From the NCBI GenBank assembly GCA_902767245.1, contig CACXGO010000018.1:27708-91707 (forward strand): a stretch of 64,000 nucleotides of DNA, in the 5' to 3' direction. Origin of the DNA: an uncultured Erysipelotrichaceae bacterium. GTDB lineage: Bacteria > Bacillota_I > Bacilli_A > RF39 > UBA660. The position numbers and the translations under genes were made by a program. Positions 45,980 to 55,902 of this stretch are shown here, in pieces (position 1 is the stretch's first letter; the number at the start of each line of letters is the position of its first letter). Below the pieces are notes generated by a model that worked only from the letters and a program-made list of their open reading frames with translations, made no database searches and was not told where the DNA came from.

Positions 45980-47202
45980 AATATTTAAATAAATTAATTT
46001 TAATTTTGTTTTTGCTTTTTATCTGTACAAATGTTTCTGCTAAAGAAATAAATATTTACTTATTTCATAGTAGTGATTGTACGCATTGCAAGGCCGAAAT
46101 TAAGTATTTAGATGAACTAAAAGAAAAATATGATATAAAAATATATAAATATGAAGTAGTGCATAATATCGAAAATAATGCATTATTAACTGAAGTAAAG
46201 AAACTCATGAACGATGAAAGCAACTATGTTCCATATACTATAATTGGAACAACTTCTATTACTGGTTTTAGCGATGTTCAAAAAGTTCAAATTGAAAATG
46301 CAATAAAAGAATATCAAGCTATTTCTTATTGTGATAAAGTTGGCATTTATTTAGGAAAAGTAAAAGATACAAGTGCATGTAATAATGAAAATAACAAGAA
46401 AGAAAAAGATAAAGAAGATTCTAAAATGACTCTACCAATTATTGGTGAAGTTGATGTAAAAGAATTTTCTCTTCCAATTATTTCAATTGTTGTTGGTTTA
46501 GTAGATGGATTTAATCCATGTGCAATGTGGGTATTGATATTTTTACTTAGTATTTTAATTGGTATGAAAAACCGCAAAAAAATGTGGATTTTAGGTCTTA
46601 CATTTATTTTGACATCGGCTTTTGTTTATTTACTTATTATGCTTGCTTGGCTTAAAATTGTCGCTTCATTTACAACAATTAGATGGCTTCAAATCGTAAT
46701 AGCTATTGTTGCTTTAATTGCTGCATGTATTAATTTAAGAAGTTATTTTAAAGCTCGTAAAGAAGATGATGGCTGCACGGTAACTGATGCTGAATCAAGA
46801 AAGAAAATTATTGGAAAAGTAAAAAGAATTGCAAATTTAGAAGAAGAAAGTGAAAATAAGAAAAAATTTGCCTTTATTCTTGCTATTTTAGGTGTTATGG
46901 CTCTTGCCATTTCAGTTAATGTTATTGAACTTGCATGTTCAGCAGGATTACCTTTAATATTTACGCAAATTCTAGCAATGAATAAAGTTACAAAAATTGC
47001 AAAATTAATCTATGTTTTAATTTATATCTTGTTTTTTATGATTGATGATATTATTATTTTCATAATTGCAATGTTTACATTTAAAGTTACAGGAATTTCA
47101 ACAAAATATACTAAGTATTCACATTTAATTGGTGGAATTATAATGCTTATTATTGGTATCTTAATGATATTAAAACCAGAATGGATAATGTTTAATTTCT
47201 AG
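45976..47202 (+). CDS. Fusion of an exported thioredoxin/glutaredoxin-like domain with a CcdA/DsbD-like membrane thiol-transfer domain
   Basis: Signal peptide and an exported CTHC domain. The 6-TM core has conserved membrane-embedded Cys contexts GFNPCAMWVL and ELACSAGLP. Confidence 0.55.
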   Translation: MKYLNKLILILFLLFICTNVSAKEINIYLFHSSDCTHCKAEIKYLDELKEKYDIKIYKYEVVHNIENNALLTEVKKLMNDESNYVPYTIIGTTSITGFSDVQKVQIENAIKEYQAISYCDKVGIYLGKVKDTSACNNENNKKEKDKEDSKMTLPIIGEVDVKEFSLPIISIVVGLVDGFNPCAMWVLIFLLSILIGMKNRKKMWILGLTFILTSAFVYLLIMLAWLKIVASFTTIRWLQIVIAIVALIAACINLRSYFKARKEDDGCTVTDAESRKKIIGKVKRIANLEEESENKKKFAFILAILGVMALAISVNVIELACSAGLPLIFTQILAMNKVTKIAKLIYVLIYILFFMIDDIIIFIIAMFTFKVTGISTKYTKYSHLIGGIIMLIIGILMILKPEWIMFNF

Positions 47203-47210
47203 GAGGTATT

Positions 47211-47624
47211 ATGGCAGAAATTAATCGAAGCGAACTTCGAAAAAAAATAATGACAATTTTATATCAAATAAGTATTTGTGAAAAGAATAAAATTACTTAT
47301 GATGTAAATGATTTAATAAAAAATATTTTAGAAATTGATAATGATTTTGTTAAAGAAACTGTTTATGGTGTTATAACTAATCGTGATAAAATTGATGAAT
47401 ATGCCAATAAATATTTAAATAATTGGACTTTAGATCGTTTAGGAAACACTGATCAAGCAATTTTAAGAATGGCAATTTATGAACTTATGTATACAGATAC
47501 ACCTTCAATTGTTGTTATTAATGAAGCAATTGAACTTGCAAAACTTTATAGTGATGATGCTGTTAAAGGTATGATTAATAGTGTTTTAGATAAAATATAT
47601 AAGAGTGAAAAAAATGAACAATAG
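47211..47624 (+). CDS. nusB: Transcription antitermination factor NusB
   Basis: Size, RSELRKKIMTILYQ start, DRLGNTDQAILRMAIYEL and INEAIELAK motifs. Confidence 0.85.
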   Translation: MAEINRSELRKKIMTILYQISICEKNKITYDVNDLIKNILEIDNDFVKETVYGVITNRDKIDEYANKYLNNWTLDRLGNTDQAILRMAIYELMYTDTPSIVVINEAIELAKLYSDDAVKGMINSVLDKIYKSEKNEQ

Positions 47625-48885
47625 CAAATATTTAACAATAACAGCTTTAACAAAATATTTAAAATACAAATTTGATAGTGATGAAAATTTAAGACAAGTA
47701 TTTTTAAGAGGCGAGATTTCTAATCTAAAAATTCATTCAACTGGACATTTATATTTTTCACTTAAAGATGAAACTAGTAAAATAAATGCAATTATGTTTG
47801 CAACCAATGCTAGAAGGTTACCTTTTAAACCGGTTGACGGGATGAATGTATTAGTAACTGGGCGTATAAGTGTTTATGAAACAACAGGAAATTATCAAAT
47901 TTATGTTGAAGATATGCTTGAAGATGGCATTGGGAATCTTTACATTGCTTTTGAACAATTAAAAGCTAAACTTTCCAAAGAAGGTTTATTTGATCAAAAA
48001 TATAAAAAAGAAATTCCTAAAATTCCTTCAAGAATAGGAATTATAACTGCACCAACTGGTGCTGCTATAAGAGATATTTTATCAACAATAAAAAGAAGGT
48101 TTCCGTTATGTGAAACATATTTGTTTCCGGCTTTAGTTCAAGGTGCTAATGCAGCTCCAGATATTGTTTCAAAGTTAAGGCAAGCAGATACATTTGACCT
48201 AGATGTTATAATTCTTGGCCGTGGTGGTGGGTCAATTGAAGATTTATGGGCATTTAATGAAGAAATAGTTGCAAGAGCCATATTTGAGTCAAAAACTCCA
48301 ATTATAAGTGCGGTTGGACATGAAGTTGATTTTACAATTGCAGATTTTGTTTCTGATTTAAGAGCACCAACTCCAACAGGGGCAGCTGAAATGTGTGTTC
48401 CCAATATAAGTGATGTTTTAACTCAGATAAATAATTATAATATCCGCGCAACAAAAGCTTTAAATAAAAAGGTTGAAATTGCGAGAGTTGCTTTAGATAA
48501 TATAAAAGCGAATTATATATTAAATAATCCAATTATTATGTATGAAAATAAAAAGCAATTAATTGATTCTTATTTAGAGAAAATTAAAACATTTATTTTC
48601 TATAAAGTAAATAATTATGGAATAAAATTAGATAATATAAAAGCGAATTATATATTAAATCATCCTAAAGAATTATATTCAAAAAAAGAAATGAATTTAG
48701 ATAATTTAATAACTAAATTGGAACTTTTAAATCCACTTTCAGTTTTAAAAAGAGGTTATACTTTAACATATCAAAATGATAAAATTGTTAAGAGCATTAA
48801 AAGTATTAAGCTAGATGAAAATCTGGTTGTTAAATTAATTGATGGTAATATAAAAGTAAATGTTGTTGGAATTGAGGTAAAATAA
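47614..48885 (+). CDS. xseA: Exodeoxyribonuclease VII large subunit
   Basis: OB-fold start YLTITALTKYLK...FLRGEISN, catalytic region IGIITAPTGAAIRDI...GRGGGSIEDLWAFN...VGHEVDFTIADFV, and a coiled-coil tail. An alternative start is at 47605. Confidence 0.9.
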   Translation: MNNSKYLTITALTKYLKYKFDSDENLRQVFLRGEISNLKIHSTGHLYFSLKDETSKINAIMFATNARRLPFKPVDGMNVLVTGRISVYETTGNYQIYVEDMLEDGIGNLYIAFEQLKAKLSKEGLFDQKYKKEIPKIPSRIGIITAPTGAAIRDILSTIKRRFPLCETYLFPALVQGANAAPDIVSKLRQADTFDLDVIILGRGGGSIEDLWAFNEEIVARAIFESKTPIISAVGHEVDFTIADFVSDLRAPTPTGAAEMCVPNISDVLTQINNYNIRATKALNKKVEIARVALDNIKANYILNNPIIMYENKKQLIDSYLEKIKTFIFYKVNNYGIKLDNIKANYILNHPKELYSKKEMNLDNLITKLELLNPLSVLKRGYTLTYQNDKIVKSIKSIKLDENLVVKLIDGNIKVNVVGIEVK

Positions 48886-49112
48886 TGGAAAAAAAGAAAA
48901 AATTTGAAGAAAAATTAAAAGAATTAGAAAAAATAGTTGAAGAATTAGAAAAAGGTGACATTGATTTAGATTCATCAATTGAGAAATATACTAAAGCAAT
49001 GAAACTTGTTAAAGAATGTGATACTGAACTTAAAAAGGTTGAAGAACAAATTAGTAAAATTGTTTTAGAAAATAATGAAACAAAAGATTTTAGTATTGAA
49101 GAAACTGAATAG
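48885..49112 (+). CDS. xseB: Exodeoxyribonuclease VII small subunit
   Basis: 75-aa helical protein (FEEKLKELEKIVEELEKGDIDLDSSIEKY) immediately after xseA. Confidence 0.85.
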   Translation: MEKKKKFEEKLKELEKIVEELEKGDIDLDSSIEKYTKAMKLVKECDTELKKVEEQISKIVLENNETKDFSIEETE

Positions 49113-49125
49113 TTTCTTTTTTATA

Positions 49126-49155
49126 TTGAAATAATTATTAAATATGTGTTAGAAT
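49126..49155 (+). promoter_or_regulatory. Sigma-A-type promoter candidate for the suf genes
   Basis: TTGAAA (49126-49131), 18-nt spacer, extended -10 TGTTAGAAT (TAGAAT at 49150-49155). A CTCAAG/CTTGAG hairpin follows in the leader. Confidence 0.4.
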
Positions 49156-49234
49156 ACACTTTTGACTCAAGAATAGTATATATATCTTGAGGAAATATTT
49201 AAAAAATGTTAAAATATCAAATGGAGATGAGTTT

Positions 49235-50002
49235 ATGCATACTTTAAAAATAGTAAATTTAAGTGTAAGTATTGAAAATAAATCAATTTTAAAAGATTTC
49301 AATTTAACAATTAAATCAGGAGAAATTCATGCAATTATGGGACCAAACGGAGTTGGAAAATCAACACTTACAAAAGTCATAATGGGTGATAAGAATTATA
49401 AAGTAACTTCTGGTGAAATATTATTTGATGATAAAGATATTTCATTATTAAATGTTTCTGAAAGAGCTAATTTGGGAATATTTTTAGGTATGCAAAATCC
49501 TCTTGAAATTGATGGTGTTACAAATGCTGACTTTCTTAGAACAGCACTTCATTCAAAAATGGGTAAAGATTTTAAATTAATGCCATTTATTAAAGAGTTA
49601 AATGCTAATACTGATGCATTAGGTATGAATCGTGAAATGATTCATAGAAGTGTTAATCGTGGCTTTTCTGGTGGTGAAAAAAAGAAAAACGAAATTTTAC
49701 AAATGTATATGTTGAAGCCAAGTATTGTAATGCTTGATGAAATTGATTCGGGTTTAGATGTTGATGCTTTAAAAGTTGTTGGTGAAAGCGTTATGAAATA
49801 CTATGAAAAAGAAAAACCAGCAATTTTATTAATAACTCATTATCAAAGATTACTTGATTATATAAAGCCAGATTTTGTACATATTTTAATAGACGGAAAA
49901 ATTGTTATGACTAAAGATTTTTCATTAGTTAAATTAATTGAGGAAAAAGGCTATGATTATTTTAAAAATAATGATGAAAGCGAGACTACTATCGTAGCTT
50001 AA
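49235..50002 (+). CDS. sufC: Fe-S cluster assembly ATPase SufC
   Basis: Walker A GPNGVGKST, signature FSGGEKKKNEIL, and Walker B VMLDEIDSGLD. The start is set at MHTLKIVNLSV. Confidence 0.9.
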   Translation: MHTLKIVNLSVSIENKSILKDFNLTIKSGEIHAIMGPNGVGKSTLTKVIMGDKNYKVTSGEILFDDKDISLLNVSERANLGIFLGMQNPLEIDGVTNADFLRTALHSKMGKDFKLMPFIKELNANTDALGMNREMIHRSVNRGFSGGEKKKNEILQMYMLKPSIVMLDEIDSGLDVDALKVVGESVMKYYEKEKPAILLITHYQRLLDYIKPDFVHILIDGKIVMTKDFSLVKLIEEKGYDYFKNNDESETTIVA

Positions 50003-50012
50003 GGATAAAAAG

Positions 50013-50798
50013 ATGAATAAAATAATAATAGAAAATAATTGTATCAAAGAGAATATAGTTGATAGTAGAATTGAAATTATTGAAAAATCATCAATTGTTT
50101 CCAGTATTAAAATAATATTTAAAGAATCAACTGATTTAAAAGTAATATATAGTACATCTGAAGACACAAAATTGAATGTTGAATATATTCTTTTAGAAAA
50201 TGTTCAAGTTAATTTGTATGAATTGAGAAATGGTTTTAAAACAAAAGTTCAATATAAATATGACATAAAAAGTAATGCTAAACTTTATTTATATCGTATA
50301 AATAAATCTAATGCAATGCGTGAAGTTGATTTAATTGATTTAAATGGTGTTAATTCTCATATTGAATTTAATTTGAGAACCCTTAGTAACAAAGAAGAAA
50401 AGTATGATATTTATGTAGCTCATAATGAAAAATATACATCAAGTAATATTAATAATATCGGGATTGCTTTAAAGGGTAATATTATTTTCAATGTGACTGG
50501 TGAAATTTCAAAAGGAAATAGTGGCTCTAAACTAGATCAAAATAATCAAATTGTTACATTTAATGCTTCAAAATGTCAAATTAATCCAAATCTTTTAATC
50601 GATGAATATGATGTTGAAGCAGAACATAATGCAATAATTGGGAAGTTTGATGATCAAATTTTATTTTATTTAATGAGTCGTGGTATAAAAGAAAATGATG
50701 CTATTAAGTTATTATGTGAAGGACTAATTTTAAATAAGCTTAAAGAAAGCTATTCAAAAGAAGAAATACTAGATTTTATTCAAGAATATTGGGGGTGA
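50013..50798 (+). CDS. Short SufB/SufD-family scaffold protein (261 aa)
   Basis: Beta-helix-like repeats and the conserved C-terminal segment EAEHNAIIGKFDDQILFYLMSRGIKENDAIKLL typical of SufB/D. It is roughly 60% of usual SufD length. Confidence 0.65.
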   Translation: MNKIIIENNCIKENIVDSRIEIIEKSSIVSSIKIIFKESTDLKVIYSTSEDTKLNVEYILLENVQVNLYELRNGFKTKVQYKYDIKSNAKLYLYRINKSNAMREVDLIDLNGVNSHIEFNLRTLSNKEEKYDIYVAHNEKYTSSNINNIGIALKGNIIFNVTGEISKGNSGSKLDQNNQIVTFNASKCQINPNLLIDEYDVEAEHNAIIGKFDDQILFYLMSRGIKENDAIKLLCEGLILNKLKESYSKEEILDFIQEYWG

Positions 50799-50802
50799 AA
50801 AA

Positions 50803-51996
50803 ATGTATCGTGATGAATTTCCAATTTTAAAAAATGGAATTATTTATTTTGATTCAGGTGCAACTGCATTAAAACCAAAATGTATGATTGAGGCAACAAA
50901 TGACTATTATTTAAATTATAGTGCCAATGTTCATAGAGGAGACTATAATTTAAGTTTAAAAGTTGACCAAATGTATGAAGGTGTAAGAGAAAAAGTAAGA
51001 CATTTTATAAATGCACCTTCAAAAAATAGTATTGTTTATACATCAGGTGCAACTGATTCTATAAATAAAGTTGTATTTGGTTTTTTTGCAAATATATTAA
51101 AAAAAGATGATGAGGTCTTAATTACAGAAGCAGAACATGCATCAAATATTTTACCTTGGTTTGAACTTCAAGATAAAATTGGTATTAAAGTAAAATATAT
51201 TGATTTAGATGATAATCATAAAGTAACTTTAGAAAATGTAAAAAAAGCAATTACTTCTAATACAAAGGTTATTAGTTTAGCATCCATTACTAATGTTATA
51301 GGTGATGTTAGACCAATAAAGGAAATTGTTTCGCATGCTCATGAAAAAGGTATTATTGTGTTAGAGGATGCAGCTCAGAGTATTGCTCATACAAAAACAG
51401 ATGTTACTGATACAAATGTTGATTTTCTTACATTTTCAGCTCATAAAATGGGAGGTCCAACAGGAATAGGTGTTTTATACATTTGTGATAAATATTTACA
51501 TTTAGTAAAACCAATTGAATTTGGTGGTGGTATGAATGCTTCGTTTGAAGCTGATGGCACTAGAGTATATGATGAAATGCCACATCTTTTAGAAGCAGGC
51601 ACTGGTAATATTGCAGGTGTTATTGGACTTGGTGCAATTATTGATTTTCTAGACAATATTGGTTTAGAAAATATTTCAAAATATGAATTACAATTAAGAA
51701 ACTATTTAATAAACCGTTTAAAGGAAATAAAAGAGATTAATATTTATAATGAAAATAGTGAAAGTGCGATTGTAGCTTTCAATTATAAGGATATTTTTGC
51801 TCAAGATTTAGCAATTTATTTAAACAAATATGGAATATGTGTTAGAGCTGGAAACCATTGCGCTAAAATCTTAAAAAATGCAATCAATGTAAAAAACACT
51901 TGCCGTATAACCTTAGCATTTTATAATACTTGTGATGAAATTGATAAATTAATAGATGTTTTAAAAAATCCAAATATTAAAAATGAATTATTTTAA
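50803..51996 (+). CDS. sufS: Cysteine desulfurase SufS (group II)
   Basis: FPILKNGIIYFDSGATALKP start, RGDY, PLP-Lys SAHKMGGPTGIGVLY, and active-site RAGNHCA. Confidence 0.88.
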   Translation: MYRDEFPILKNGIIYFDSGATALKPKCMIEATNDYYLNYSANVHRGDYNLSLKVDQMYEGVREKVRHFINAPSKNSIVYTSGATDSINKVVFGFFANILKKDDEVLITEAEHASNILPWFELQDKIGIKVKYIDLDDNHKVTLENVKKAITSNTKVISLASITNVIGDVRPIKEIVSHAHEKGIIVLEDAAQSIAHTKTDVTDTNVDFLTFSAHKMGGPTGIGVLYICDKYLHLVKPIEFGGGMNASFEADGTRVYDEMPHLLEAGTGNIAGVIGLGAIIDFLDNIGLENISKYELQLRNYLINRLKEIKEINIYNENSESAIVAFNYKDIFAQDLAIYLNKYGICVRAGNHCAKILKNAINVKNTCRITLAFYNTCDEIDKLIDVLKNPNIKNELF

Positions 51997-52019
51997 CAGA
52001 TACTTTGTATCTGTTTTTT
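51995..52019 (+). terminator. Rho-independent terminator directly after sufS
   Basis: AACAGATA-CTTTG-TATCTGTT followed by TTTT. Confidence 0.75.
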
Positions 52020-52021
52020 AT

Positions 52022-52049
52022 TTGACTTTACATAAAAATATAGTATAAT
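52022..52049 (+). promoter_or_regulatory. Near-consensus sigma-A promoter
   Basis: TTGACT (52022-52027), 16-nt spacer, TATAAT (52044-52049). Confidence 0.55.
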
Positions 52050-52074
52050 TATATAGGCTGAAAGAGGGGATAGT

Positions 52075-52578
52075 ATGACAGAAAAACTAGCAGCTAAACT
52101 AACAGCATTACTTGCAAGTTTGCATTTTAGTCATGAACTAATTGTACTTTTTTTGTCTGCTTTTCCAATAATGGAAGTAAGAGGTGGTATGATTGTTGCC
52201 CGCTTGCTTGGGATGGCTCCAGGTAAAGCTTTATTGCTTGGAATCATTGGCAATTTAATACCAATACCATTTTTAATATTTTTACTTAAACCAGTTTTTA
52301 ATTGGATGCGTAAATGGAAAAAATTTGCAAAGTTAGTTGAATCATTAGAAAAGAAAGCTTATAAGAAAAAAGAAAAAATCGAAAAGTATCAATTTTGGGG
52401 AATTCTTTTGCTAGTAGCAATTCCGCTACCTGGAACGGGAGCTTGGACTGGCTGTTTAGTAGCATCAGTATTTGATGTTGATAAAAAAATTTCCATTTTA
52501 GCTTGTTCTTTAGGAGTTTTATCAGCAAGTTTAATAATGTGGATTATTTCATATGGTTTTTTGGGAATGATTTTTTAA
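52075..52578 (+). CDS. Small membrane protein of the 'small multidrug export' (COG2426-like) family
   Basis: FPIMEVRGGMIVA near the N-terminus, GNLIPIPF and PLPGTGAWTG motifs; 4 TMs. Confidence 0.55.
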   Translation: MTEKLAAKLTALLASLHFSHELIVLFLSAFPIMEVRGGMIVARLLGMAPGKALLLGIIGNLIPIPFLIFLLKPVFNWMRKWKKFAKLVESLEKKAYKKKEKIEKYQFWGILLLVAIPLPGTGAWTGCLVASVFDVDKKISILACSLGVLSASLIMWIISYGFLGMIF

Positions 52579-52637
52579 TTCCCTCTTTTTAATTATTTTG
52601 TTATAATTATTATAGAAAAATAGAAAGGAGATGAGTT

Positions 52638-54281
52638 ATGAGCAAAATCAAAATATTTGCTTTAGGTGGTCTAAATGAAATTGGCAAAAATATGTATGTT
52701 GTTGAAGTAGATAAAGATATTTTTGTTTTTGATGCTGGGCTTAAATATGCTGGTGATAATATGCTTGGGGTTGATTATATTATTCCAAACTATGATTATT
52801 TGAAAGAAAATCAAGATCGCATTAAAGGTTTATTTATCACCCATGGTCATGATGAACAAATGGGAGCAATTCCTGATATAATGCTTGATTTACCTAATAT
52901 TCCAATTTATGGAACAACTTTTACACTAGAAATTGTTAAAAGAGATTTAGATGAGGAAAAAATCAAATATGAGAATCTTCGCGAAATAAAAGTAAATCAA
53001 AATATATCATTTGGTAAATGCAGTATCTTTGCAGTTTCAGTTACACACTCTGTTCCTGATGCTGTAGCTTATGCTTTATATACACCAGATGGAGTAATTT
53101 TTTATACCGGGAACTACATATTTGATCCAACAATGACCGATCATTATAAAATGGATGTTGGTAAACTTGCTTATATTGGAAAGCAAGGAGTTTTATGTTT
53201 ATTAGGAGAATCTTTATATGCTGATAAAGTTGGTTATACATCACCAAATCATCGCATAAGTGATCTTATAAACGAAGTTATTAATAAAGCTGAAGGGCGC
53301 ATTTTGTTTAATGTTTTTCATACGCAATTATTTAGAATTCAGGAGCTTTTGAATGAACTTAAAAATACTGATCACAAAGTTGTAATAATGGGGAAAGTTT
53401 TAGAGAAGACACTTTTAAAAGCTATATCTATGGGATATATTGATTTTGATTTAAATCGTATTGGAGACATTCATGATGTTGATGATCCAAATACTGTTAT
53501 AATTATTTCAGATGAGCGTGAAAAACCGTTTTCAAACTTGACCAGAATTGTTAGAGGTTATGACAAATTTATAAAAATTAATCCAACGGATACGGTTTTA
53601 TTTGCATCGCGTGTTTATGATGGGATGGAGAAAAGTGCAGCTCACATATATGATGAAATTGCAAAAACAGATGCCAATATGTTTATTATTCCAAATAATA
53701 AGCTTTCACATCATGCTTCAAGTGAAGATGCTTTATTAATGATTGATTTAATAAATCCAAAATACTATATACCAGTTATTGGTGAATATCGACATTTAAT
53801 TAAAAATGCAGAGCTTGCTAAAAAAGCTGATTTAAATGATGAAAACATTATTGTAAAATTGAATGGGCAAGTTGTATTGTTTGAAAATGGTGAATTAAAA
53901 GATTCAAACGAAAAAATAAAAGTTGACTCAGTTTTGATTGATGGCAAAACAATTGGTGATATTGGAGAACTTGTCATAAAAGATCGTGAGTTACTTGGTG
54001 CTGATGGTGTAGTTGTTGTTATTGCAACCATTGATAAAGCAACAAAACAAGTTTTAGCAGGACCAGAAATCTTAACTAGAGGTTTTATTTATGTTAAAGA
54101 TAGTACTGAAATGTTAAAAGAAAGTGTTAAAATAGCATCTGAAGTTATTTTAGAAAACACTAAACCAAATTATATTGATTATACTAAAACAAAAAATGGT
54201 ATACGTGACCGTTTAGGGAAATTTTTTTATCAAGAAACTGAATGTAAACCGATGATTTTAGTTGTTACTCAAGAAATATAA
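52638..54281 (+). CDS. rnj: Ribonuclease J
   Basis: IFALGGLNEIGKNMYVVE start, beta-lactamase HGHDEQMG, beta-CASP motifs, and a C-terminal domain. Confidence 0.9.
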   Translation: MSKIKIFALGGLNEIGKNMYVVEVDKDIFVFDAGLKYAGDNMLGVDYIIPNYDYLKENQDRIKGLFITHGHDEQMGAIPDIMLDLPNIPIYGTTFTLEIVKRDLDEEKIKYENLREIKVNQNISFGKCSIFAVSVTHSVPDAVAYALYTPDGVIFYTGNYIFDPTMTDHYKMDVGKLAYIGKQGVLCLLGESLYADKVGYTSPNHRISDLINEVINKAEGRILFNVFHTQLFRIQELLNELKNTDHKVVIMGKVLEKTLLKAISMGYIDFDLNRIGDIHDVDDPNTVIIISDEREKPFSNLTRIVRGYDKFIKINPTDTVLFASRVYDGMEKSAAHIYDEIAKTDANMFIIPNNKLSHHASSEDALLMIDLINPKYYIPVIGEYRHLIKNAELAKKADLNDENIIVKLNGQVVLFENGELKDSNEKIKVDSVLIDGKTIGDIGELVIKDRELLGADGVVVVIATIDKATKQVLAGPEILTRGFIYVKDSTEMLKESVKIASEVILENTKPNYIDYTKTKNGIRDRLGKFFYQETECKPMILVVTQEI

Positions 54282-54306
54282 GTCAGGTAAAAGCCTGACT
54301 TTTTTT
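54281..54306 (+). terminator. Rho-independent terminator after rnj
   Basis: AGTCAGG-TAAAAG-CCTGACT followed by TTTTTT. Confidence 0.8.
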
Positions 54307-54483
54307 GTGGAATAGCGCATTTAAAATAATGCTATTTTAGCAAAAAGATAAGAAATAATTTTAATTAATTCAATGCTTTTTAACTATCTATGATTACTAT
54401 ATTTATATTTATTTAAAAGTGTAATCTTTTTATTGCTTAAAAAATCTAAATATGATATTATTTTGTAGAAAAGAAGTGATTTT

Positions 54484-55902
54484 ATGTTAAAACCAAATAT
54501 GTTAGAGGCAAGAAAAAGGTTAAGTAAAAAAATAGAAACCGAAATTTTTAAATTAGATCCTTCCTACAAAAATATTGGAAATGGCCTTACATATGTTGTA
54601 AAAACTTATGGTTGCCAGATGAATGAACATGATAGTGAAAATATAGAAGCAATTTTAGATGCTATGTCTTTTGAAAAAATCGATGATTACGAAAAGGCTG
54701 ATTTAGTTATTTTAAATACTTGTGCTATTCGTGAAAATGCACATAATAAAGTGTTTGGACTTTTGGGTAGATTGAAACATTTAAAAGAAGAAAGACCATC
54801 ATTGATTGTTGGTTTTTGTGGTTGCATGGCTCAAGAAGAGAGTGTAATTACAGAAATAAGCCAAAAATATAAGTGGATTGATATTGTTTTTGGAACTCAT
54901 AACATCCATGAATTACCAAGCATTTTAGCTAAAAACATTAAAGAAAAAATTCAAGATATTGAAGTATATAGTATTGAGGGAAATATTGTCGAAAAACTTC
55001 CAGTCAAAAGAGCTAGCAAATATAAGGCTTGGGTAAATATAATGTATGGTTGTGATAAGTTTTGTACTTATTGTATAGTACCATATACTCGTGGTAAACA
55101 AAGAAGCCGAAAAAAAGATGATATTTTAGAAGAAGTTAATGAATTAATTAAAAATGGCTATCAAGAGGTAACTTTACTTGGTCAAAATGTAAATGCTTAT
55201 GGTAAAGACTTAAATGTTAATTATGATATGGCATCACTTTTAGAAGATGTTGCAAAAACAGGAATAAATAGGGTTCGCTTTGTTACAAGTCATCCATGGG
55301 ATTTTAATGACAAAATGATAGATGTAATTGCAAAATATGATAATATAATGCCTTATATTCATCTTCCACTTCAATCTGGATCAAATCGTATATTAAAGCT
55401 TATGGGTAGAAGATATACTAAAGAATCTTATTTAAAACTTTTTGATTCTTTAAAAGCTAAAATACCTAATGTTGCAATTACAACAGATATTATTGTTGGA
55501 TTTCCAAACGAAACAGATGAAGATTTTAAAGAAACTTTAGATGTTGTAAATTATTGTAAGTATGATCTCGCTTATACATTTATTTTTTCACCAAGAGTTG
55601 GAACTCCAGCAGCTAAAATGAAAGATAATGTTTCCTTAGAAGAAAAAGAAAAAAGGCTTCAAGAATTGAATACATTGATAAATAAGTATGCTAAAGAAAA
55701 TAATTTAAAATATTTAAATAAGGTTGTTCCAGTTTTATTAGAAAATACATCAGAAAAAGATGCTACCACTTTATCAGGATATACAGATACAATGAAACTT
55801 GTTAATGTGAAAGCCGATAAAAAATATATTGGGAGAATTGTAGATGTTAAAATAACTGATGCTAAAACTTGGAGTTTAGATGGTGAAATAGTATCAAAAT
55901 AA
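54484..55902 (+). CDS. miaB: tRNA-i6A37 methylthiotransferase MiaB
   Basis: UPF0004 N-domain (TYGCQMNEHDSE...NTCAIRE), radical-SAM CDKFCTYC, and a C-terminal TRAM domain. Confidence 0.88.
   Translation: MLKPNMLEARKRLSKKIETEIFKLDPSYKNIGNGLTYVVKTYGCQMNEHDSENIEAILDAMSFEKIDDYEKADLVILNTCAIRENAHNKVFGLLGRLKHLKEERPSLIVGFCGCMAQEESVITEISQKYKWIDIVFGTHNIHELPSILAKNIKEKIQDIEVYSIEGNIVEKLPVKRASKYKAWVNIMYGCDKFCTYCIVPYTRGKQRSRKKDDILEEVNELIKNGYQEVTLLGQNVNAYGKDLNVNYDMASLLEDVAKTGINRVRFVTSHPWDFNDKMIDVIAKYDNIMPYIHLPLQSGSNRILKLMGRRYTKESYLKLFDSLKAKIPNVAITTDIIVGFPNETDEDFKETLDVVNYCKYDLAYTFIFSPRVGTPAAKMKDNVSLEEKEKRLQELNTLINKYAKENNLKYLNKVVPVLLENTSEKDATTLSGYTDTMKLVNVKADKKYIGRIVDVKITDAKTWSLDGEIVSK

Noticed and set aside
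54307-54483. A ~180-nt AT-rich spacer before miaB, considered as a possible riboswitch or sRNA
   Set aside because: It contains only a weak AATAGC/GCTATT hairpin and has no recognisable conserved riboswitch core. AT-rich intergenic DNA with promoter-like boxes is the simpler explanation.
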